Assembly: GCF_006345805.1 (NCBI RefSeq)
Contig: NW_021833130.1
Span: forward strand, 1 to 38,580
Source of the DNA: Octopus sinensis
Taxonomy: Eukaryota
Direction of reading: 5' to 3'
DNA: 38,580 nucleotides
This document shows, piece after piece, positions 12,528-24,060 of the stretch. A model generated the notes under the pieces. It worked only from the letters and a program-made list of their open reading frames with translations, was not told the DNA's origin and did no database searches. Made by a program: the position numbers and the translations under genes. Numbering within the stretch: position 1 is the first letter of the stretch; each line of letters begins with the position of its first letter.

Positions 12528-12900
12528 TACACACACGCATATACTCTCAAACTTACATATCTTATTTATGAGAACAAAGAATTCTGTTTCTCCTTCTGTC
12601 TTTCGAAATCACTCTTCTCTTTCGTGTTGTTATTGTTATTGTCGCTATTATTGTTGTTGTTGTTCTGTTTCTTTTGCGTTGTTGTAATTGTTGTTAACGT
12701 TATTTGTGTCAACTGTGTCGTCATTTGCGGTGTAGTAATGTAAGGCGGTCGTTAAAATGAATATAGTTAGCGATATCGCGTATGCCGCCAACCACTGTGG
12801 GTGGTTTTCGGGTTAAAGGTGACCGAAGTCCAATCTTCACTTTTACATGTTTATACATGCAAGAGTATACATACATAGCATAGTATACACACATAACATG

Positions 12901-13232
12901 GATACATACATACATACATACATACATACGTACATGCATACATACATACATACATACATACATACATACATACATACATACATACATACATGCATATAAA
13001 CATACATATATGCATATATGTATGTATACATGTATGAATGTATGTATGCATGTATGTATGTATGTATGTATGTATGTATGAATGTATGTATGTATGTATG
13101 TATGTATGTATGTATGTATGTATGTATGTATGAATGTATGCATGTATGTATGTATGTATGTATGTATGTATGAATGCATGCATGCATGTATGTATGTATG
13201 TATGTATGTATGTATGTATGTATGTATGTACA
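12901..13232. repeat. Head-to-head (CATA)n/(TATG)n palindrome
   Basis: Orientation flips at CATATATG|CATATATG centred on 13012/13013. Confidence 0.9.
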
Positions 13233-13371
13233 TTTAGTTATACATACATATATACAAATATTCAGGCATGAGTACGTTCGTACACATGTACATGCCTATA
13301 CACACAGACATATATCGTTTTATCTATCCTTTAGTCTACATAACTGTTTTCAGTATATATATTTATCTAAC

Positions 13372-13482
13372 TCTGTGTGTGTGTGTGTGAGTGTGAGAGA
13401 AAGAGAGAGAGAGTGTGTGTGTGAGAGAGAGAGTGTGTGTGTGAGAGAGAGAGAGAGAGTGTGTTAGTGTGTGTGTGTGTGT

Positions 13483-13517
<35 letters not shown>
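13372..13517 (+). repeat. (TG)n/(AG)n compound microsatellite
   Basis: Direct runs. Confidence 0.95.
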
Positions 13518-13518
<1 letters not shown>

Positions 13519-13587
13519 GTTCCATCTCTGGTCACCCAGAATCACAATTATTTCCTCAGAGAACGAAATTTAAAAAAAAACGTTATG

Positions 13588-14016
13588 GACAGGAGTGGCT
13601 GTGTGGTAAGTAGCTTGCTAACCAACCACATGGTTCCGGGTTCAGTCCCACTGCGTGGCATCTTGGTCAAGTGTCTTCTGCTATAGCCACGGGCCGACCA
13701 ATACCTTGTGAGTGGATTTGGTAGACGGAAACTGAAAGAAACCTGTCGTATATATGTATATATATATATATGTGTGTATGTGTATGTGTGTGTATTTGTG
13801 TGTGTGTGTTTGTCCCCCTAGCATTGCTTGACAACCGATGCTGGTGTGTTTACGTCCCCGTCACTTAGAGGGTTCGGCAAAAGAGACCGATAGAATAAGA
13901 AGGGCTTACAAGAATAAGTCTCGGGGTCGATTTGCTCGACTAAAGGCGGTGCTCCAGCATGGCCGCAGTCAAATGACTGAAACAAGTAAAAGAGGTAAAA
14001 GAGTAAAGAGAGTAAA
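13588..14016 (+). mobile_element. SINE family A, full length
   Basis: Head AGGAGTGGCTGTGTGGTAAG to tail AGTAAAAGAG repeats. Confidence 0.92.
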
Positions 14017-14104
14017 ATACACAGATAAAAAAAACAGAATTGTGCAATTGAAAGACAAGCAGACAGTCCGAGAAGTATAAAATGTGTATATATGGATGAA
14101 TAAA

Positions 14105-14560
14105 GAAACTGAGTCCAGAATCGGAAAGGTTAGCTCCGCCTTCGGTAAGCTTTATCACAAGCTTTGGAACGGCAACGACGTATTGTTGAAAGTGAAAGTC
14201 GATGTGTATAAGTCGGTGGTCTTGACAACATTGCTTTATGGTGCTGAATCTTGAACCGAAAGCACATCAACCAGCTTGACGCTTTACATATGCGATGCTT
14301 GCGTGTTACCTCCAGCATAAAACTGGCGGAACATATTCATAACAATGTGGTTCTAACAAAATGCAACATAATAGGTATTGAAGCCGTCCTCATCAAAATA
14401 CAGCTTAGATGGTCCAGGTCATCTCTCACATATGAGTGATATCAGAATCCGAAGCAACTTCTCTTTGGCCAATTTCCAACAAAAAATGTCAGTTGGAATG
14501 TCACTTTTGCACTTCAAAGACAAACTAAAAAAACAGTCTGATACGTTGCAACATTCCCTT
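14105..14560 (+). pseudogene. RTE-clade LINE reverse transcriptase C-terminal remnant
   Basis: Frameshifted ETESRIGKVSSAFGKL..VYKSVVLTTLLYGAES / RKHINQLDALHMRCLR..GIEAVLIKIQLRWS / GHLSHMSDIRI..KQLLFG, typical of RTE ORF after the RT core. Confidence 0.88.
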
Positions 14561-14580
14561 TTTTTTCTGCGAAAACAAAG

Positions 14581-14624
14581 CCTTCTGAGTGGATTTGGTA
14601 GACGGAAACTAAAAGAATCCGGTC

Positions 14625-14672
<48 letters not shown>

Positions 14673-14849
14673 GTATATATATTTATGTTTATGTGTCTTT
14701 GTGTCTGTGTTTGTCCTCGCACCATTGCTTGACAACCGATGTTGGTGTGTTTATGTCCCCGAAACTTAACAGTTCGGCAAAAGAGACTGATAGGATGAGT
14801 ACTAGACTTACAAAGAATAAGTCCTGCGGTCGATTTGTTCGACTAAAGG
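14581..14849 (+). mobile_element. SINE family A, internal fragment (arm 1 of local inverted duplication)
   Basis: Private variants (AAACTAAAAGAATCCGGTCGTG, ATTTATGTTTATGTG, GAAACTTAAC, ATGAGTACT) shared with 14950-15325. Confidence 0.9.
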
Positions 14850-14949
14850 TATCAGAACGCAGGACCTGGCGCCAGTCCTGCTTCTCCTCAGTTCAAACAT
14901 TTGAGCCGATTTGACTCCAGCATCGAGACCAACTTTGTAAAAGCATGAA

Positions 14950-15143
14950 GGCCATGCTGGAGCAATGCCTTTAGTCGAACAAATCGAACTCAGGACTTAT
15001 TCTTTGTAAGCCTAGTACTCATTCTATCAGTCTCGTTTGCCGAACCGTTAAGTTTCGGAGACATAAACACGCCAACATCGGTGTCAAGCAATGGTGTGAG
15101 GACAAACACAGACACAAAGGCACATAAACATAAATAGATATAC

Positions 15144-15210
<67 letters not shown>

Positions 15211-15325
15211 GACCGGATTCTTTTAGTTTCCGTCTACCAAATCCACCCAGATGGCATTGGTCGGCCCGAGGCTATAGTAGAAGACACTTGCCCAAGGTGC
15301 CACGCAGTAGGACTGAACCCGGAAC
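14950..15325 (-). mobile_element. SINE family A (arm 2 of local inverted duplication)
   Basis: As above; 5'-truncated at GAACCCGGAAC. Confidence 0.9.
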
Positions 15326-16719
15326 AAAATGTAACATATTAGGTATTGAAGCCATCCTCATCTAAATACAGAAGAAAGCTTCTTACCATACAGCCACCTC
15401 CATATATATGCGCATGTGTGTTTAATCAGAAAGTCAGATATATACAAGTAGGCTTAATACGTGTGTTTACATGGAATACAAAACACGGAGTATGGAGTAA
15501 GAAATAGTAATTATATAAATGAGTCATGTAATAATGTTTGGTAGCTCTTTCGGGTGAACCATGTCTTATGCCGTGACCACGTTCATACATAATAAAGACC
15601 CATGATATCGTAGGTGCACGAAATAACATAAGTTCCTATGAATCTGTTAGGCAAAGCCAGGTCAGCCTCACTGGAAGAATAAAAATTCGTCAACAGGGAT
15701 TTGTCTTTAAACGTTATTTTGAGGAAATGGAAGACGTTGTTCTGTAATAAGAAAAGTGGTCTTTTATCCAAAATAGCATCAGGACCACATTATCTCGTTG
15801 GCTGACTCACTCGCATAAGGTAGTAATTCTTCAACTACAAGAGGATATTCTTCGTAAGGGTAGACGGCTTCCATGTCACATGTTGCACGTAAGATAGCGT
15901 TTATGTCAAGAAAGTATAAACCACAACCAAAAGTCTAGAAGCAAAAAAACAACATCCTAACCCGAATGCAATTGCACGATAGGTACTTTTTCAATGGAAA
16001 ATACGTGTCAAAAGAAATAATACGCGGAACAGATGTAAAATCGATATACTGTACTTGAACACGTATTTGTACATTTGTGTACACATACGTGTGTGTGTGT
16101 GTGTGTGTGTGTGACGAGAGATTGTGAAGGATATTTAGTAACACACCGTGTTACACATATTTCATTAACCTAGCGTGATTATTAGCTGAATAATATAAAG
16201 TACATAATTATCACTTACTATGAAATCATCAGAAATATGTAACTTCTATCCGTAATATTACTAGACTGAACAGATGTTGACAGATTTTCCCATTCTGTCG
16301 ATTGCTATACAGTTAAATAATACGCATAAAAGTTATACTTCTTCAGATGATTTGGCAATAAGATTTTCTTATGCAATTTATATGGTGTAGCTAATAATCA
16401 TTCTATGTTAATGAAACGTGCGTAAGATGGTGTAGCGAAATATCTTATAAACAATTTCTCATGCTTTATTATATTTTCCCCATATACTTTAAGTGACACT
16501 CAAACACATAATGAATATAAATACAATACACGAACGGAAACGCACATGGAGTTTTAAATACTACTTATTTGTGGAGCAGTTTAAGGTTTAAATTGCGCTG
16601 GACAAATATACATACACATACACACATTGGACGAATATACATACACACGCACACACAAACATAAAAAACAACACAGCACCCATGACTTTCGGAAACATCT
16701 TTTCACGCTCAGAATTATT

Positions 16720-17338
16720 CTTATCTACTCTAGGCACTAGGCCCGAAATTTTGAGAGAAGGGGCCAGTCAATTAGATCGAACCCAGTACGCAACTGGTAC
16801 TTAATTTATCAACCCCGAAAGGATGAAAGGCAAAGCTAACCTCGGCGGAATTTGAACTCAGAACGTAAAGACAGACGAAATACCGCTAAGCACTTCGCCC
16901 GGCATGCTAACGTTTCTTGTTTCTTTATTGCCTACAAGGGGCTAAACATAGAGGGGACAAACAAGGACAGACAAAGCGATTAAGTCGATTAAATCGGCCC
17001 CAGTGCGTAACTGGTACTTAATTTATCGACCCCGAAAAAATGAAAGACAAAGTCGACCTCGACGGAATTTGAACTCAGAACGTAATGACAGACGAAATAC
17101 CTGTTTCTTTACTACACACAGAGGGATAAACACTGAGAGGACAAACAAAGACAGACAAACGGATTAAGTCGATTACATCGACCCCAATGCGTAACTGGTA
17201 CTTATTTAATCGATCCTGAAAGGATGAAAAGCAAAGTCGACCTTGGCGGAATTTGAACTCGGAATGTAGCGGCAGACGAAATACTGTTCAGCATTTTGCC
17301 CGGCGTGCTAATGTTTCTGCCAGCTAGTTGCCTTCACT
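16720..17338 (-). mobile_element. SINE family G tandem trimer
   Basis: Three head-to-tail units with GTCGACCTCGGCGGAATTTGAACTC core; flanking CTCAGAATTATT at 16708-16719 and 17339-17350. Confidence 0.88.
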
Positions 17339-18060
17339 CTCAGAATTATTGAAGCATGGAATAAACTACCTGTATGAGTCGTTAACAGTCGAGACACCAC
17401 ACCCCAAAACTTCTATGGTTCCTGAAATCCGCCAACGGTACACTTGATGGGATTTTTTTTTCTTTCTAGGCTGTAGTGCACCTGAGAACTGTATACAACA
17501 ATTTCTTTCATATCATATTATGTATATACATGCACTATAAACATACATACATTCATACAAATATACGCACGTATATACAGAGCGGGAAAGAGAAAGGGAT
17601 ACGTACATACAGACGTAAATATGCATAAATACAAACGTTTTCACTAACACACACATACAAATATATATATATACATATATATACATATACATATACGTTA
17701 ACAGAGGAAGACAAACAGACAGGTGAATAGATAGAGAGTCAGTACTAATGAGGTGATGCCGCCATGTAGAGGACAGAAGGTAAGAAGATACAGTTGAGGC
17801 CGCACGACACCGGCCTTGGTTGTCTCCACCATTCGACCTCTGATTTCCTGTCAAGCTATGCTTCCTCATGTCGCCAATGGAGACATTCATAATAGAATAA
17901 TCAAATAAATTAGCTGCTATATGTGTGTGTGTGTGTTGTTGTTGTTGTTGTATGAGCGCGTGCGTGCATGTATGTGTCTGTTTACACACGAACATGTACA
18001 GACCCACACACGTACAGGTGCATATAGTTATGTGTCTCTAGGTACATATACACACACATT

Positions 18061-18107
<47 letters not shown>

Positions 18108-18409
18108 CACATACACTCAGACACAGAGACACACGTATAGGCATACTTATACGCACATAAGCTTATGCGTATGAATATGTATATACATATATATGTAGGT
18201 ATGTGTGTAGGTATGTGCATGGATACCTACATACATAAACACATATTTATGAATGAATACATAGGTATAGATATATAAATACACACACACACGAACGAAC
18301 GTTTCTTTCCTTTACGAGTCACCTATAAAGAGGCTGGTCAAAAAACAGGCAACACTAAAATTTCAAGCAAATAAGGCGCACAAAATTGTACATAAATACG
18401 TACATGTAT

Positions 18410-18477
<68 letters not shown>

Positions 18478-19182
18478 TCGTACTACATGTTGACATGCAT
18501 AAACTGGTATACATACACACACAAAGAAACATGCGCATACATATATGTGTGTGTGCATGTATGTATATGTATGTCTGTATGTATATATTATATATATATC
18601 ACATTGATCACCTTGATCGACCAGTCCATCGGGCGTACATTTGACACCGCTGGTCACAGTACGCAGTTCACTCCTCTCTGGATCGCGCCTTTCTCATCCA
18701 TGTGATCCCATATATGTATATAATTATATAAATACAATGTACATTTAAACACTCAAGAGGCATCCATCATAGAATTCCTCGCACGCTAGAGAGGACAATT
18801 AAATTCCAAACCAATATTAGGGATGAAATGTCGAAAAAGAATGAAAACTAAAAACATTTACTATCTAACTCCTGGAGCAATGGTTTCAAATTTTTTTAGC
18901 AAATAAAATAATTTGCTAGGCGAAGTCTTCTTCAGCAGGAACACCTTAGATTAAATATATACACACGAGGCAATCCAGTATATGCCCCGTGCTTATACAT
19001 TCTAACATTTCAAATCTACCGCGCAAGCGTAGCTCCTTGTCGGCAGTAAATAAAATGGCGGCTTATCAAATGCACAAAAACTATCGTCCATCATGTGTCT
19101 GTTAATCCACTTTTAATGCCTTGCTTCATAAATATAATTGGTGACTTTTAATTTAAGATAATCTTTTCCCAACTATTTTAGT

Positions 19183-19580
19183 CTTTTATTCTTTTACTCT
19201 TTTACTTGTTTCAGTCATTTGAGCACCGCCTTTAGTCGAGCAACTCGACCCCGGGACTTATTCTTTGTAAGCCCAGTACTTATTCTATCGGACTCTTTTT
19301 GCCGAACCGCTAAGTGACGGGGACGTAAACACACCAGCATCGGTTGTCAAGCAATGCTAGGGAGACAAACACAGACACACAAACACACACACACATACAT
19401 ATATATATACATATATACGACAGGCTTATTTCAGTTTCCGTTTACCAAATCCACTCACAAGGCATTGGTCGGCCCGGGGCTATAGCAGAAGACACTTGCC
19501 CAAGATGCCACGCAGTGAGACTGAACCCGGAACCATGTGGTTGGTTAGCAAGCTACTTACCACACATCCACTCCTGCGCC
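19183..19580 (-). mobile_element. SINE family A, full length
   Basis: Head ends CCACTCCTGCGCC at 19580; short deletion near tail. Confidence 0.9.
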
Positions 19581-19825
19581 TTTTACTTGTTTCAGTCATT
19601 TAACTGTGGCCATGCTGGAGCACCGCCTTTAGTCGAACGACTCGACCCCAGGACTTACTCTTTGTACGTCCAGTACTTATTCTATCGGTCTCTGTTGCCA
19701 AAACGCTAATTTACGGGGACGTAAATACACCAACATCGGTTGTCAAGCAATGGTGGGGCGACAAACACAGATGCTCAAATACATACATACCTACATACAC
19801 ACACACACACACACACACACCACAC

Positions 19826-20035
19826 TTCAAAATGTGACCGCGTGTGTACCGTTGGCGATTTTTTTTCCTCTGTCTTCCCTTCTCTGGATCTTTCCTTCTC
19901 CTATGTTTCCGACGAAGAGCTCCGCTCGAAACGTTAAACCCTCCTTCTTTCCTTCTTTCCTGAGCGTCCAATAATACTATATTTGCTCCACGTCCTCGCG
20001 TTGGTGTTTTTTTTGTGCTTTCTTGTTTGGATTAA
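19826..20035 (+). mobile_element. Short HHR-bearing repeat (family B2)
   Basis: Same layout as B1 (pyrimidine tract, HHR, TTCCTGAGCG..AATA) but different stem I and loop II; sits in the SINE A internal microsatellite. Confidence 0.72.
19905..19939 (+). ncRNA. Minimal type-I hammerhead ribozyme motif, U4C core variant
   Basis: GTTT-CCGACGA-A-GAGC-TCC-GCTC-GAAA-CG-TT-AAAC. Confidence 0.7.
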
Positions 20036-20160
20036 TATATATATATTATATATATATATAGATATATATATATAAATATATATACAACGGCCTCTTTCAG
20101 TTTCCGTCTACAAAATCCACTCACAAGACATTGGTCGGGCCGAGGCTATAATAGAGACAC

Positions 20161-20178
20161 TAATATAATAACAATAAC

Positions 20179-20252
<74 letters not shown>
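20161..20252 (+). repeat. (AAT)n microsatellite
   Basis: Direct run. Confidence 0.97.
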
Positions 20253-20253
<1 letters not shown>

Positions 20254-20367
20254 GGCATGGCCAGAATAATCAGGAAAGTATTAGCTGAAAAGAACGGATA
20301 GCATGGTACCGCAGGCTGCAGGAAGCAAGCCCGCTACGCATGCAAGACTCCAGGTGCTCCAACAAAA
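20254..20367 (+). mobile_element. Extreme 3' end of an RLE-type LINE
   Basis: GMARIIRKVLAEKNG* resembles the GTARIIRKVL C-terminal motif; followed by a short UTR-like tail. Confidence 0.45.
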
Positions 20368-20382
20368 TCTGTAATAAAGGGA

Positions 20383-20538
20383 AATAATAATCCTTTCTAT
20401 TATAAGCACAAGGCCTGACATTTTAGGGGATGGGGAACAGTCGAATACATCGACCCCAGTACTTGACTGGTACTTAATTTATCGACCCCGAAGGGATGAA
20501 AGGCAAAGTAAACCTCGGCGGAATTTGAACTCAGAACA
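20383..20538 (-). mobile_element. SINE family G, 5'-truncated
   Basis: ACTGGTACTTAATTTATCGACCCCGAAGGGATGAAAGGCAAAG..GGAATTTGAACTCAGAAC. Confidence 0.85.
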
Positions 20539-20997
20539 ACAAACTCAAAATAACCGGTCAAGAAATAGGTGAATTCAAACAGAACAAGAAAATAAAGAGA
20601 AAATAAAAAAAAAACAAATAAAAAGTAAAAGAAGAGATAAAGTATGTATGATAACATATCTTTGTGTCTCCAGAATCGTACATCTATTAATAGATAGTGT
20701 CTTCGCTAAAGTCATTAGAGTGACTGACCGTACAACTTCGCATCTATTTAGCAATTTGATATCGCTGTCTGTTACCCGGAATTAATTGTCAAGAGTTTTA
20801 CGCCACCAGTTGATTTACTAGCAGGCTGTTAGTCAAAATATTTATGATGGTTACCCACTTTCACAATCTTAAAGGCAGTCATTTTTCTAGGCAGATAAAA
20901 ACCAAGTTATTTCTTTGTTAAGATGTATATTAGCGAATAATTAAAGTGATGTGGGATATTCCAAGAATAAGAAACCAATTCACGTGCCATGTATATC

Positions 20998-21230
20998 TTT
21001 TATCTTTTACCTTTTATTTCTTTCAGTCATTAGACTGTGGCCATGCTGGAGCACCGCATTGAAAAGGTTCTAGTCGAACTAGTCAAACCCAGTACTTTCT
21101 TTTTTAAAAAAAACTTGGTACTTATTCTATCGGTCTCTTTTGTCAAACCGCCAAGTTACGGGGATGTAAACACACCAACACCGGTTGCCATGCGGTGCTG
21201 GAGGACAAACACGAAGACGAACACACAAAC
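20998..21230 (-). mobile_element. SINE family A, 3' half
   Basis: TTTCAGTCATTAGACTGTGGCCATGCTGGAGCACCGC..GGACAAACAC, then (TACA)n. Confidence 0.85.
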
Positions 21231-21577
21231 ATGTATGCATACGTACATACACACACACACACACACTCACGTACGTACATACATACATGCATACATACAT
21301 ACATACATACATACATACATAAAGTTATACATAAACGTTTATATGAATCAAATATACCAAAATTTGAAGTTCATATCTACTGTGGTCCGCTTTTTCCAAA
21401 ACACAGTATCATACTACTTTTCAAATACCTACTTTAGAATCACGTATTTTAGTTATCCAAGACTGGGGTATGATAGTATTAAAAGAATTAACCGTTGTCC
21501 ATTAAATATTTTTTCCCTGAAAGTTTTACCAAATCTGTGTTTACATCTCAGAATAATTTCTGAACGTTTGTTAATTA

Positions 21578-21800
21578 GTTTGTGAGCCATTTAAGAAACA
21601 CACAAAAGCCGTTCGATTCACTTCAACATTTAAGTTTAATTTGTCAAAATATTTTCGTCGCTGAAATCCGCGACCTGTTCTCTGACAAAAATCCGTGGAA
21701 CAGGTCGCGGATTTTAGCGACGAAAATATTTTGACAAATTAAACTTATATGTTGAAGTGAATCGAACGGCTTTTGTGTGTTTCTTAAATGGCTCACAAAC
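21578..21800. repeat. Near-perfect 223-bp hairpin (103-bp arms, 17-nt loop)
   Basis: Arms 21578-21680 and 21698-21800; I count 2 mismatches. Confidence 0.95.
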
Positions 21801-22025
21801 ACCTTCCACGCTGCAATTGTTTTCGTTCCAGCACACGATCTCAGATCAAATCACTTACTATGCGAGTACATCCCTGTTAATTAGTTCTTTCTTGGATAAG
21901 CAATATACATTAGAGTCTCTTTCAAGCAAAGATTGCATAATCTGGAGTTCGCATGATTCGGATAAGCTGTTTTATTAAGGGTATATAGTGTGTTGACTCG
22001 CATTATTCTGGTAATTTATTTGCTT

Positions 22026-22440
22026 GGATCTTTTCGGTTTGAACGGCAGTTTTTCTAGCGGTGTCATATGAAATTGTCACCCATAATTATGACCCTAGTA
22101 TCGATCTATTGCATTTCAATCTGTTTTAGGGTTAGGGTTCGGGGTGGGCGGAAGGATATCTTTTTTTCTTCAGAAATGTAAATAAACCCAATCTGTTTCT
22201 TAAACGAGGGACGTATTCATACGGCACAGAATGTTTTCACCTCAGTAGACGTCATTGATTGGTTGAAATTGCAGAAATTGAAGAAAAGAATAACAAATAT
22301 CTTACAAACTATAGAATTTTCTCAATAAAGCAAAGAGAAAAAGATGTTTTATAAACACATTCTACCAGTATACGAAGTTTAAAAGTGTTTAGTTACGTGG
22401 AAATTATTTTAAAAAACTGCCGTTCAAACCGAAAAGATCC
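22026..22440. mobile_element. MITE with 29-bp TIRs and 8-bp TSD (Merlin-like or hAT-like)
   Basis: TIR GGATCTTTTCGGTTTGAACGGCAGTTTTT; TSD ATTTGCTT at 22018-22025 and 22441-22448. Confidence 0.92.
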
Positions 22441-22469
22441 ATTTGCTTTATTCGTCAAGTTACAATAGA

Positions 22470-22612
22470 AGCAGAATAGCATTCAAAGTAGAAGCCACAT
22501 TTTTGCCAGTTCTTTGATCCTACATTGATACCAGTTCTTGTCCTTCGAGGTGAAGAACTCCTTCACTGAAGCTTTCACATCTTCGATGATGAAGCGTCGC
22601 GTGTGCGGGAAC
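22470..22612 (-). pseudogene. Mariner transposase C-terminal fragment
   Basis: RTRRFIIEDVKASVKEFFTSKDKNWYQCRIKELAKMW matches the mariner C-terminus pattern (F..K...WY..GI..L..RW). Confidence 0.8.
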
Positions 22613-22659
22613 TGAGCAATGGATCACAAAAAGTAATGGTAGTTGTGTTAGTGGTGGCA

Positions 22660-23082
22660 GTGGTATGGTGCTGCAAGTGGGATGGTGCTGCGAGTGGTAT
22701 GGTGCTGCGAGTAGTATGGTGCCGCGAGTGGTATGGTGCTGCGAGTGGCATGGTGCCGCGAGTGGTATGGTGCTGCAAGTGGTATGGTGATGCAAGTGGT
22801 ATGGTGCTGCGAATGGTATGGTGCTGGGTGTGGTATGGTGCTGCGAATGGTATGGTGCTGCGAGTGGTATGGTGCTGCGAGTGGTATGGTGCTGCGAGTA
22901 GTATGGTGCCGCGAGTAGTATGGTGCCGCGAGTGGTATGGTGCTGCGAGTGGTATGGTGTTGCAGTGGATGGTGCTGCGAGTAGTATGGTCCCGCGAGTA
23001 GTATGGTGCCGCGAGTGGTATGGTGCTGCGAGTGGCATGGTGCCGCGAGTGGTATGGTGCTGCAAGTGGTATGGTGCTGCAA
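22660..23082 (+). repeat. 17-bp minisatellite (GTGGTATGGTGCTGCGA), about 25 units
   Basis: Direct tandem array with variant units. Confidence 0.97.
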
Positions 23083-23385
23083 GAAAGAAAGAAAGAAAGA
23101 AAGAAAGAAGGACAGAAAGAAAGAAGGAAAGAAAAAGATAGAAAGAAATAACAAGAAAGAAAGAAGCAAGACTGAGGAAGAAGAAGAAGGAAGACGGAAG
23201 GAAGGAAGGAAGGAAGGAAGAAAGAAAGAAGAAGAAAGAAAGAAAGAAGAAGGAAAAAGGAAGAAGAAAGGAAAGAAAGAAAGAAAGAAAGAAGAAAGAA
23301 GAAAATAAAGAAAGAAAGATAGAAAGAAAGAAAGAAGGAAAGAAAGGAGGAAAGAAAGAAAGAAAGAAAGGAGAGAGAGAGAGGG
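23083..23385 (+). repeat. (GAAA/GGAA/GAA)n polypurine tract
   Basis: Direct composition. Confidence 0.96.
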
Positions 23386-23389
23386 AGGT

Positions 23390-23545
23390 GCACTGCAGCA
23401 CGGGTTCATTTTTCAGCTGAGTGCATTGGAACAACATAAAAATTAAATGACTTGCCCAAGAATGCAACGCACCACCCCAACCAGTTATAGAACTTACGAT
23501 CTTTATAGCCGTGAGTGCAAGATTCAAATCACTGCTCCACTCACA
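23390..23545 (-). mobile_element. SINE family D-like head, strongly diverged
   Basis: CAGCTGAGTGCATTGGAACAAC..TGACTTGCCCAAG..GTGAGTGCAA resembles the inverted CORE-like segment. Confidence 0.55.
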
Positions 23546-24060
23546 ATCACTAAACATTAAATTTTAAAACAGACAAAAAACAAACAAAAAAAAACAAAAA
23601 AAACATTCGAGATAAACATACTCTCATTTCGTTGAAGATGAAATGAGAGAATGGTTATCTCGAATACGATTAAATATAGAAAAAACGTCGTTGAAATACA
23701 TCATTAATCACATTCTTCTCATTGATAAACTATGCATCATTTATTTTGATACGCCTCATTTATCTGATATGCTTATTTCTTTGAGCATCATTTATTTAAT
23801 GAATTAAGAACTTAATGGGAGTTTTTTGTAGTTTAAATCATTTATATTTAAAGGATATATAATATATAATTAAATTTTTGTTAATGCGTTTATTTCATTT
23901 TATTTTATGCACAAACTACGCCAAAATATTTTTTTTACTTTTACTCTAAAGTGAGACATGAGTGAAAATATAAATCCAGGAATAGTTACTTAGATGAAGG
24001 CACTTGTTCACTGCCTCGCGAATCGAACCCTTAATACACGTGGTTATGAAACACACTTCT

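Larger units (their letters stand above)
19581..20160 (-). mobile_element. SINE family A, 5'-truncated, interrupted by family B2
   Basis: Tail abuts the previous head at 19581; resumes at ~20083 after the insert. Confidence 0.85.

Noticed and set aside
22125-22140. TTAGGG telomeric motif
   Set aside because: Only two units, internal to a MITE; not an interstitial telomere.
22660-23082. CRISPR-like appearance of the regular array
   Set aside because: Units are contiguous with no unique spacers; eukaryotic context; no cas genes.
22520-23557. 345-aa and overlapping ORFs with repeated AAPYHSQHHTT / MVLRVVWC motifs
   Set aside because: Products of the 17-bp minisatellite and GAAA tract; open on both strands; no splice or homology support.
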